From Callorhinchus milii (lineage: Eukaryota): a stretch of 64,000 nucleotides of DNA. The stretch lies in NCBI RefSeq assembly GCF_018977255.1, contig NW_024704743.1, positions 26,042,001-26,106,000 of the forward strand, given 5' to 3'. Positions 45,301 through 57,300 of the stretch are shown here, in pieces. The notes under the pieces were generated by a model, which worked only from the letters and a program-made list of their open reading frames with translations, was not told the DNA's origin and did no database searches. Both the position numbers and the translations under genes were made by a program. How positions within the stretch are numbered: position 1 is the first letter of the stretch; each line of letters starts with the position of its first letter.

Positions 45301-48300
45301 TTCTCTCCATGTAGAAAAAGTACATTGTCTGTGACTTTGATGAGGGCAGGACTGCTCATCAAAGTTACTGGCAACATATAACCCATACAGGAGTTGTGAA
45401 ATAGTTTTTTTTTCCCTTCTCATCAAAAATGTTCCAGGTTTTCAGTACTGACCAACGCTCAACTTAGTTGTTAGCTGTATGACGTTACTGAGTGAAAATA
45501 AATTGATGAGTGCTAAGGTTACGGAAGAAAAAGAGTTCTTCCTGTGGTGTTAATTGCTTTTGAAGTATTTTCCTCAAGTGGTACTGGGGAAGTTTGTAGA
45601 TCCATTTAGTGCATCAGCATTAGTTAACAAGTCCTGTCCTAAAGTAGAGTCCTGTAGCTCAGTGGTTAGAGCACTCGCTTTGCAAGCGAGAGGCCTGAGT
45701 TCAATTCCAGGCAGGTCAGGGCGAAACCTTGGGCAAGTTTCCTTACTCCACAAGACTAATAATAATCCCCCCCCAAAAAAAACAATAATAAAATTGGGTC
45801 ATTTTCAATCTACGACTGTTTGTGGGACATTGCTGTGCGCAATTGGTTGCCGTGTTCGCCCACAAATATACAGTCAATTCACTTTACAGTATATTCTGTG
45901 AAGCGCTTTGAGATGTCTAGAAGACGTGAAAAGCGCTATATCAAATGCAAGATTTATTATTATTATATTGTAAAGGGAATTGACTGTGTATTTTGTGGAC
46001 GAAATGTGGTATCCAATTGCGCACAGCAGTTTCCCACAAACAGTCGTGGATTGAGTGACCAATTTATTATTATTATTTTGAGCGAATTATTATCCCTGAA
46101 AACGTGAACCGCCAAGCAACTTACTTACTGCTGGGTAAACAGGCGTGTGGAGTAAGGAAACTTGCCCAACGTTTTGCCTCCCCGGGAATCGAACCCAGGT
46201 CCACTCGCTTGCTAAAACTCTTTACTTTTCAAATAGTGCCATGGGATCTTTAACGTCTACCTGAACAAGGTAGATGTGTCCTCCGTTTAACGTCTCATCT
46301 GAATTTCCGGTCAGTGTTATGCGTAGTCGCATCGACGATGTCAGACACTAATGGGAATTCCCCATTAATAAGTGCGCATTGCCAAAGACATGACACAAGT
46401 TAAAAGTTATATCCTCATGTTTCTTTCCAAACCTACTGTAGGTTGGAGGGGCAAGTGGCAGTACTGGAGAGAACCAACCCCCTGTCCTAGATTTCATGCC
46501 TTTGAAATCTTACTCTGACGTTTCCTTGGATATTTCTCTATTGACTTCATTAGGTAAGTAACATTGTGATCTAAAACCAAAAAAATTATTTCAACTAGCT
46601 GAATCACCCGAGTCCTAACTTATTACTTGAAAATGGTTAAATATTTAATCTGCTTTTACCACAGTCGGGCCTCCTTATAAAGTGAGTGCTCTTTGGACGG
46701 GTGGTTGGTTTCAGCGCTCAGACCAGTCGGTTTCCAGCGTACATAAATTGTCCAAATTCCACGTCATCAAGTCACCATCATTTTCTGCACTTTTGTATAT
46801 ACAATGTGTATAATAACTGCAAGTGCATAGCTTGTATTCACAGCATGAAGGAAGTGGTGTTGACAGCAATATGGTGAGCTGGTAGTTAGACTTTTTGGCG
46901 TGCTTCATTGTGCCGGAAATGGTAACAGCCATTGTGTTTAGTAGAACCATATTCTACAGAACCAGTTAAGATGAGGGAAAGATTCATATGCTTGTACTTT
47001 CAATTACATGGAAATCCATATTACCTGGAAGATTTGTGTTGGAACACACTACTTACTGACTTGCTTTTACTTTTGAACCGGGAATGATTGGAGCAAGTTG
47101 TAAAAAAAAAGTGTTACGCTGCTTATGGTGGAGAAAAAATATAAAGAAGTGTGTACAGACGGGGCAGAGGCTGTGGCTGTTCCAGACAAGTTTGGAGTTG
47201 GAATTTCCACAGAGTTTGATGCAGAAGCGGAAGGATAAGCTGCTGGTGTTTACTCAAAAGTTCAAAAGGGGAAAAAAAAAGTCTTCAACTCTGCTTTCTT
47301 CACATGGGTCAAAAACAAACATACTGAAGGTACTATGTTCCCACCTAGTCCAATATCTGGCCTTATTCTGCTGGAAAATCTGTGAGGTTTGTGAAAGAGT
47401 TTGAGGATAACGGTTTTCATTGGAGTGTGGGGTAGTTAATACAACAAAACAAAGGAGGGTTGTTTTCATCTATACTATGGGCAAAACATTCCATGCCCAA
47501 TTTGCAAAATGCATTTAAAAGTGATTGTATTTTATTCTGTATTCCTGTGCATTTTGTTTACTAAATTGCATTAATATTTGGTAATCTGAACTGCTAATCA
47601 TCTGGACAGAAAACAGTGGATACAATGGAACAGAGTCATTTGGATAATCGGCGATATGGTGCATATAACAGGACAATTCCTATCCTATGTTTAAAGGCAA
47701 ATATATCATTTGCATATATTCTGATTACATATGCAAATATTTTATTTTGTGTTATATTTACTATACTATATTTTTCTATAATCTGCTACAAAATATTAAT
47801 AGAATATCTTTTTATATCTTATGTAACATCTGGCAGTATATTTTAAGCAGTAATTCAATCTTGTGTTTTATTGTTTTTATGAGCTCTACCTTCCTTATGG
47901 TTTGATGTAACTGAACTACGCTCTTAATCAATGGTTTCAAGCTTGCTACCAATCATTTCATCTCTATAATTGAGATGTGTTTTTTGTCAAACTCATCCTC
48001 AGTGTTAGAATTGTATTAAGGATTATATGTTTTGAGGAGTTAATGCAAAAGTGTTGTGGAGAAAGTGTTAACTTTTTTTTTCCTCTCCTCTTCTGAGTCA
48101 CTTACATCGACACTTCCTCAAGCAGCTGGTTGAGTGAGCGAATATGGTTCAGACTCCACTGCAACATCTCAACTCCTGCAGATCCATTGATAATTGCTGT
48201 CATTTGAACATTTCCACCTGGGTAGTTATGAGGTTTAATTTTTTTTATATAGTCAGCATTCGATTGGAAAAGCAGCAAGAAATCTGTACATCAGCAAATC

Positions 48301-51300
48301 ACCTGTTTATGACCAAATGTCTTGACTATAAAAATAGAAGTAGGGAACTGTGTGGTGCATATCACCCTATTATTTCCCCTCAGTTTGGGGTTTAAATGAA
48401 ACCTAGCCCAATAGGACCAAATATTCTGCTATTTCTACATAAAAAGCATTCTCAGTCTCAGAAGTCACTGGGAACACTCAACAGGTCAGGCAGAGAGTGA
48501 GTTTACCTTTCAGGTCGATGACCTTTTGTTTCCCGCATCTGTAGTATTTTGCTTTTTATTCACAGTCTCAAATTAGTTTCTAATGGGTGTCAATTCACAG
48601 TAAAAAACTGCCCTTAATTTGTCAGTATATTGACTCGTACTCTGACCATATGATGGATGGTGAGGGAAATAGAAAATATCACTATTGAGGTTGGGGTTGA
48701 GCAGAGGGATCTGTATCTGATCTATTCCTGAACTGGACGTTCTAAATAGAGATTCTGGGTGGCAAAATGGGAAAGCATTCCAATTCCCAGCATTAACATA
48801 GGTGAGCATACAATTCACCAATTTTGTTTTTTGAATAAAAAAAGTAGAAAGATTGCCACTGGTTCTTCCGCAACTTGATTTAAGTATTTGAAAAACCCAT
48901 TACAGATATGCGGAAGTCTGGTCTCCGAAAACAGTTAAAAATGACATCAATCTGAGAATTTAACATTGAATTTTAGGGAAATCGGTGAAGAAGGAGCCAG
49001 ATCATGATGATAACCAGAGGAATCTAGATGAGACTACAAAGCTGCTGCAGGATCTGCATGAGGCTCAGACCGAACGGGTCGGCTCTCGACCCTCTTCAAA
49101 TCTCAGTTCAATCTCCAGCAACTCCGACCGGGAGCAGCACCATCTAGGTATAAGCTAAGTAAAAATAACATTGGCTCCATGTGTCCACAGCACCTCCAGA
49201 TTGATTTTTTTTAAAAAATCTGCCATTCTTTTCACAAGCTTCCTTTTGGCTGTTTGTGAAAAAGTTTGTGTTTTCATTTTGCAGATTTTCATTTGAATCC
49301 CTTCAGACAGTTGCGATTTCTTCCCCTCCTCCCATCTCTCAGTGCACTGTTGTGATCATCTTTTCATTGTCTTTACTGTCTTCGCTGTTGTTTTTCCGTT
49401 AACTGCTTTAGAATTCTCAATTTTTTTTTGCTAAGCTTCACGCATTCACAAATTTTATTCACAAAATACCCTTCAGGGTATAATTTTATCGATGTAAGAG
49501 ATTCCAGTGTAATTGGAGATGGCCTCCATCCAGAGTATATCTTTAAACTTATGTAGGATTGTGCTGATGAAGAAGTTTAATTTTCACACGTAATCTGCAC
49601 AGACTGGCCAAAATGTTTGAATATCTTACTATTTATACTGCAAGATAATAATAATAATCCTTGTATGTTGATATAGCTCTTGTCACGTCTTCTAGACGTC
49701 TCTAAGCGCTTCACAGAATATACTGTGAAGTGAATTGACTGTATATTTGTGGGCGAAAAGCGGTAGCCAATTGAGCACAGCAGTGGTCCCATAAACAGTC
49801 GTGGATTGAAGTGACCAATTTCTTACTGTTTTTTTTCTTGGGGGATTATTATCAGGCGTGTGGAGTAAGGAAACTTTCCCAAGGTTTCGCCCTGCAGGGA
49901 ATCGAACCCAGGTCTCTCGCTTGCGAGGCGAGTGCTCTAACCACTGAGCTGCAGGACTCCGATGTTTGACATTCAGGGTCATAATGTCTTGTGACTGTTT
50001 TGAAACTACTAAAATTAGTTTGGCATTTGTTCTGAAGGCAAAGGAGTTTAACCTTTTCTGTCTCTTGTGCAGTTATCGTGCATTGTCCAACACAGAATGA
50101 GTGCTGGGTAAATATTATTTGTATTTATCAATGCTCAAGTTAGAACCGTAGCCTTCTAAAGCGAAATATGTAACTAGTGTACATATTTTGATTATGACAA
50201 ACCAAACTCAATGTGAATGTAGATTTGCCATGCAAGAAAAAACATCAGGTTTATTGAAAAGTGCTCCTCGAACCATGCACATATAATATAGAGTTTGGGC
50301 TGTTAGGAACATTGGATAGGAATGGAATGAGGCATTTTTTTAAAAAAACAACACTAGGGATCATATTAGATATTAGATTGAATATTTGATTATTTGTAAC
50401 ACTTGTGTTTTAACTTTCTGTTAATATTGACTAGCAGGAAACAAACAGATTCTGTTTTCTCACAGTATGTAAAATGACAGTATTGGTTGAGTTGCAGTGG
50501 TGAGATTCCATCATGAGTAAGTAGCTGTGAGAAAGTGTTGCTGTATTTTCATTGGTCTTTCCCAGTCCTTTGGTTGACAGCAAGCAAGCTATTTGCAAGG
50601 AAATGCTAATTTTAAATCTGTTCTTCATGTGTCTGGCAGTCGGAAAAGCAGACAGAGCATGTGAAAACTACTAAGTTGTTTACAGACTTGTCTGTAAAAT
50701 CTTAAGTTATATGAACTCAACTGATTTTTTAAAACACAGATTTGCCCATATAAATTAGGTTAATTAAGACATACTGAAGATTTTGTCCTGGAACAGAATT
50801 AATTTGCTACTTGCTAACTTCCGAGTATAAATCTTGTGCGTTCCACTGCCAGGTGGTGGCGCTGTTTTAATGGAAGTTCATAAGAACATGACAGTAAGTA
50901 GTCAAATATAAGAAAAGACTAATCGGGTTCCAAACGCTTTTTTACCATATTAATTATCCAACTAAGGGCATATGGATGTATTTTAAATCAACTGAATGTT
51001 TTTTGTCTCTATTTACTCGCTTGGCAAAGTATTGCAAACACTGATCACTTTGAATAAAGATTTTTTAAAAATCTTTTAGAATACAATTTCTATTTATGTC
51101 CTCTGGTCTTGCTTTCTTCTTGACTTACTTTTGATATTTTATATACTTTGGCAAAGTTCCCTTAACTACCTTCTTTCTAATGCTAACTGAAACTGCAACT
51201 ATTGCTGAAGTGGGGACATTTTATATTTTTTCAGAATTTACATTAAAAGTTAATGTTTTTCATTTAGAGTTTGGTTTAATGGCTGCAGGATGTATGGAGT

Positions 51301-54300
51301 CAAGTTATTTCCCCCCTGATAAAATGTCATACTTATGTAGAAATTATATTTTTCAACATCTTGAATCCATTACTGAAGTGGTATACAGGGTCATCAAAAG
51401 TTCTTGAATAACAAGTAATTAAACTGGGCAATTCGAAAAGTGCTGCTACCCCACAATATTATTATATTAGTATATTGGCAGATGGGGGAGGGAAGAGTCT
51501 TGCAAGCAAGTTATAAACCTGAAAAGGATAAGCACTTGGATTAATTGTATGGACTTGTAATTGAAGGAAAAAGTTTCCTTAATTAATTTGGCAGTTATAG
51601 TAATTGATAATCATATGTTTGAATAAAGAATACGTATTGGAGAGAAATGGAATTTGGTAGGAATCTTCAATGAATCTCTTATGATGTGGAATGGTGTCTG
51701 GAAATTTGCTCAACCTATGTGCAGTGTAGAAAAGCATTGCCGTTAATCGAAGGCTTTTAACTTGTTTTGAATTTCCACCTTGGATCCTGTTAACATCACT
51801 GTTGTTCTAGGTGGAAGATACCACTGTCGTTTCAGGCCTCACCGATACCTGTGCTGCAAATGCACACTAACAGTGGTAATGTTACCATGGAAACTAGGCA
51901 AATGTGAAAACGTGGGAGGGTATTTATTTGCTTGATTAGATTTCGGAGTAAAACCTCCACGCTACTGTTGTGTTGAACTATGAAGCAGGAGATCTGTATC
52001 TGGCAATAATCAATACAGTGATTTGTCAGCTTTAACCCATCTGCTGCCAAAAGTATAATGTCTCAGCACACAAACTATGGCTCAGTTGATCTGTCTTGAT
52101 CTCAAGTGACTCAAAGCATAAACTAATAATTACACTTAATTACTTCTCAATGAAAGGTTACAGAGCATGTTTAAGTGACTAATGATATCTGTCCTGTAGT
52201 CACACGAGTGTCATCACTCCCACTTTGAAAAAACCCTCCCTTGATGCGTCGCAGCTATCAAGCTACCGGCCCATCTCCAACCTCCCCTTCCTGTCCAAGG
52301 TCCTTGAAAGAGTTATCGCCTCCCAGCTGCGCTCTTTCCTCTCCACCCATGCATTATACGAACCCCTTCAGTCGGGTTTCCGTGCTGCCTATAGCACAGA
52401 AACTGCCCTGGTCAAGGTCACCAACGACATCTTGACCATCTGCGACCAGGGCTCCCTCTGGCTCCTCGTCCTCCTCGACCTATCGGCAGCATTCGATACG
52501 GTTGACCACGCTATCCTACTCCACCGCTTGTCCTCCCACCTCAACCTTCAAGGCTCTGTCCTTGAGTGGTTTAGGTCCTACCTCTCCCACCATCTTCATT
52601 TTGTTTCCACAAACGGCTTTTCCTCCACCCCCCGCACTGTCTCGTGTGGTGTCCCTCAGGGCTCTGTCCTCGGTCCCCTCCTCTTCACCCTCTATATGCT
52701 CCCACTTGGTGACATCATCCGCAGACATGGGGTTAACTTCCACATGTATGCGGATGACACCCAACTCTACCTTTCCTCCTCTACCCTCAACTCCACGACC
52801 ACCGATGTCCTGACAGCGTTGCCTGTCTGACATCGAGTCCTGGACGAGAAACAACTTTCTTCAGCTCCACGTGCGCAAAACCGAGGCCCTCCTGATTGGC
52901 TCACGTCAACGCCTCCGCACCTCAGGCGCCGACACCATCAGCATCCGAGGCTGCACTCTCCACCTCTCAAAGCAGTCAGGAACCTCAGGGTTCTGTTCGA
53001 CCCTGAGCTGCCCTTTCTCCCTCATATCCGCGCCACAACTGGCACCGCCTTCCATCACCTCCGGAATATCGCCAGACTACGGCACTACCTCACCCCTCAC
53101 GCTGCTGAAACCCTGGTTCACGCCTTTATCACCTCAAGGCTGGACTATGGGAACTCTCTCCTCGCCGGCCTTCCCGGCACCTCCCTCCACAAGCTGCAGG
53201 TCATTCAGAACTCTGCAGCTCGTATACTGTCCCGCACCAGGCTTCGCGACCACATCACTCCCACCCTCGCTCGCCTCCACTGGCTCCCCATCCCCCAGAG
53301 GATCGAATTCAAGATCCTCATCCTCACCTACAAGGCCATTCACGGCCTGCTCCCTCCTACCTCTCAACCTACTATCCCCCTACCTACCTGCCCGTACCCT
53401 CCATTCCTCTGGCTCCGGTCTGCTCCACATCCCCCGCCCCAACCGCCCTACCATCGGTGGCCGGGCCTTCAGCCTCTCAGCCCCGAGGCTCTGGAACTCT
53501 ATCCCCCAGTGCCTTCGCCGCCTCCTCCCTTTCCTCCTTCAAGGCCGGTCTCAAGACCTTTCTCTTTGACCGTGCCTTCAGCTCCCCTCCCAACTCTCTA
53601 CCCCCACCTCGCTCCCTCCCTTCCATCCCCTCATCCTGACCATTTTCCCCCTGCTCGGGTCCTGACCCAACTGTCCAGCCTTGGGACATCCTCCCGACGT
53701 GAAAGGCGCTCTATAAATGAAATCTTGTTGTTTTTGTGTTGTTGAGTGACACTATCAGTCTTGCTAGATTGATTTCACCAATGTGTGCGGATTATGCAAT
53801 TGGAAGTGTTATCTTGGCTAATGCATTTTCCTAGTGAGAGTTTGATTAGTTGTCTGGTAACTATTAAAACCAATGCTATTAACCCTCCAGTTCCATCTGA
53901 GATACCTCACGTGACTGTGGAAGCAAGTCCCTCTTTTTCCCCAACTTGCTAATATTGATCAGCTCATTGTAGTGATGGTATACAGGAAGGTGCAACTTTG
54001 GGCACATTTGAAGGAAAATATTAAAAAATGGAAACACTTGACATTTTCAAAACAGGAGGGCATTCAATCCATCGTGTATGTGCTGCTGTTATCTTCCCTT
54101 TTTAATAATCCCACATTCCACCATCTCTTAACGTTTTTACTTCTCAGCTGCTTATCCAGTTGTGTTTTCAATGATTCTATTGATCCATTTTTAACAGTTA
54201 CTCATGTTTGCTTAAGTGAGTTTGAAATGGGGTTAGAAAAAATATCTGCATTGTACATTAATAGTCAACCACAAAATTAAGGATGTGTCTTCTGTTCATT

Positions 54301-57300
54301 AACTATCTTATGTTTTATCTTGTTGACTTAAATGTTGTACATGTGTAAAATGGCATTTAAGATTTTCACAAGATTGGTTTGGATGAAGAAGACCCTTTGG
54401 CCCATCTGATCTTGTTCTTCCAGAAGACCCATCCTATTGTCCTCCCTTCTGTAGTTATGTGTAAGACTGAAGTTTGTCCTGGTGCACAATTGATATCTGA
54501 ACTTGGCTCAACTTGCTAGTAGGACCCTGGGTCAGAAGGCTTTAGGTTTAAACCCCTTGTTGGGACTTTGAACTCATGGTCTAATGCAATGTGGAGAAGT
54601 GCTGTATTGTCAAAGGTGATGTATTGCCAGTAATGTTTTTTAGATGAGACGTTAAACTGAGGTCCTGCTTTGCTTGTTCAGGTAGATGTTGAAAATCCTA
54701 TAGCATTATTCAAAGAGAGAAAGAAGTTTCTCCCAGTATGTTGGCCAACAATCCTCTAGATAAATTGTTCATTCACTTAATGACTGTTTGTGGAATATTA
54801 CTTTGTGCAAATTGGCTGCTTTAGTCGGTTTGTAAATATAGTCCTGTCACAACATTTTACAACTGTTACCCGTGAAGCACTTTGGGATGCTTCAATATTA
54901 TACATACCAAGTCAAATATAAGGATTGTTATTTATTTATTATTAATTTGTACGCTGAAGAATTATTTGCCATGGTAAGTAGGGTTACCACCAACACCAAC
55001 AGCACTGACAGCAAGGAACTGCACTCAGGCTGCCAAGGTACTTGCAACCAGGCTAAGAACAAGGAATTGTTTCTGTAAACACTTTGTGTCAATCGACTTT
55101 CACTGTTTACTGACTGTTTTCTTTGCTGATTCCTCACTTATTATACAATTTACATAAGATTCTGGCACATGTGTGCTCTACGTTGTATGGCATCCAGAAC
55201 AGAGGGTAATGTTTTTGGTGCTGTAACGAATGTAATGATTATTATGCCAAAAAAGCTAGTCTAATAGACACAATTATTTTTAAAAATGTATTCCAGTGCA
55301 GAACCATTGCAGAAGACAAGTGATAGTTCAAAGTCCACGTTCTTTTCTCACTCCTCTTGATTCCAGTTAAATCCAAGGTCTGATACAGTAAAATTCATCA
55401 AAGTCGTATCAGTCAGGACCATGTTTATCCTTTGGGCTGCTATTTTAATCCGCGGTTACAACTGCATCTCTTAGGTTAACTGTCCTTTTGCATTAGAACC
55501 ATATAGGTGATTTGTTATTGTCAAGCTGGGGGAAAAAACAATGATTTCAGTGGTCCCTGTAACTGTGATCTTCACATTATTAATACATGCTCAGTGTTTT
55601 TGCAGAGTATCTATATTACAGCTCCAGCTATAGTGCTGAGCAGCATGAATGTTAAAGATCAGACTTGAAGTTTTAATTCTTGACTTTTTCCCATCTTATC
55701 CAATTTATATAATGGGTGTAGCATTAAATAATTTGCTCAGAAAGGTACTACAAGGCTTTTAATGGTTGTGAAGTGTACTTATGGCCAGGTATTACAGCAT
55801 TTATTTATCATTTACATTTATCAACCATAAATCATCAAAAAAAATCAATAACAATGATTCACATTTAAACCCATTATTTATAAATTCACTAGGTATCTGC
55901 TTAATGACTACAAGCAATGCAAAATTCATTCGTGATGCCCAATAACATTAAGTAGATTTTAAATTCTTAAAATGTCTTCTAATAAAATATTTTTAAAAAT
56001 CAATACACTAAAATACATTGTAAGAAGAGTTTAATATAATTTCAGGTTCCAGTGTAATACCATATTTGAGCAAATAGAATTTACAGATGTAATGTGTCTT
56101 GTGAAGTTGCTCATTTGTTACCTGGGCAAGTACACTCATTGGTTAAATGTCATAGCACCTGAATACCTGGATACTATTCTCCCTGTGTAATGCTCCCACT
56201 TAACTGCTTAATGCCAAATTGATGACTCTTCAGCAGTTAAAGTTGGATTAATCAGGGCTAATGGTGTTCCTAATTGTTTGTTACCCTTTGGTTCTTTCAA
56301 ACAAATTACGTAACATCTTATACTTCAAGCAATAAGATATTGAACTGTTCATGTTCAAAAGATTGGATTTGCAGCCAGCATCTGCTTCAATTATGAACTG
56401 GGACTCTTCATCACGCTACCCTTAACCCTACAAGCGAAAACCTTAATAGGTAGGAAGGTCCAAGCTGGACAAGCAGTGGGAAAGCTTGCCAGGCAGTGCT
56501 TTCAATTCCAAACTACTGTATGCGGTTTTAGCTGCTTGGACTCCAGCAGTATCCCAGGGCACACTCTGGGGTCCCCAAGGCATGGCTCTTGCAAACCTGC
56601 GCCTTATACTTTATGGCATTAGATAAGCAGGATGCATTCCTTACAATAAATATCTCTGGAATTTCCAAGTAACAATGGGATTCATGGAACTCTCAATTTG
56701 GTTTGGAGCACAGTGACCAACTAATGGATCATTAATCATGTAAAATCTTATACTTCAGCAAACAACAACAACAACAATAAATTACATTTGTATAGCGCCT
56801 TTCACGTCAGGAAAACATCCCAAGGTGCTGGACAGTCAGGGATCCACAGAATTCAAGGGATTCCCTTGGCTGATATTACTGGAGCACTTAATATCATTTG
56901 ACTTTTCAATTAAGTAAATGGATGTCTTCAAGGCTTAATGAAAGGCATTGTGTAATTCAAAGTATATTGGCTGAGGTCATTTAAAAGCAATTGTGTGAAA
57001 CTCTGCTAATGGTAAATTCATAACTACTAGTAATGCAGTATTTGACTGTAAAAGTCCACTTTATAGTCCACATTATGTAATAAAGTGTATGTATTTATTT
57101 TAGTGTGTATTTGGTTAGAGCTTTTTAATATGTACATTACTTCAATCCTCCCATTGCAGACCATTTTAACTGAATGTCTTATTAAAGATTTTTTTTAACA
57201 AACCTGTATGCTCTGCAGTTGAACATTTTGTGTATAATCTCGAACTCTCCGACCAGCAAAGATTGTTTCTGCAACTAACATTTTTCATCAAAATGATGAC

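Noticed and set aside
47084..47404. 106-aa ORF in BRD9 intron 14
   Set aside because: It has no ATG start in frame at 47084, contains poly-A runs and shows no recognisable homology.
49890..49959. tRNA-Ala(CGC)-like cloverleaf, also at 23655, 31990, 40191 and 45647
   Set aside because: Each is the head of a SINE, continuing into the shared body and L2 tail, and the acceptor stem is incomplete. These are not tRNA genes.
50848..50863. CTCF-like motif CCAGGTGGTGGCGCTG
   Set aside because: It has two mismatches in the core, and a single motif match cannot be supported without ChIP data.
51811..51875. AG...GT-bounded segment in the last BRD9 intron
   Set aside because: It has a modest donor, breaks the frame and shows no similarity to BRD9, so it is indistinguishable from a pseudo-exon.
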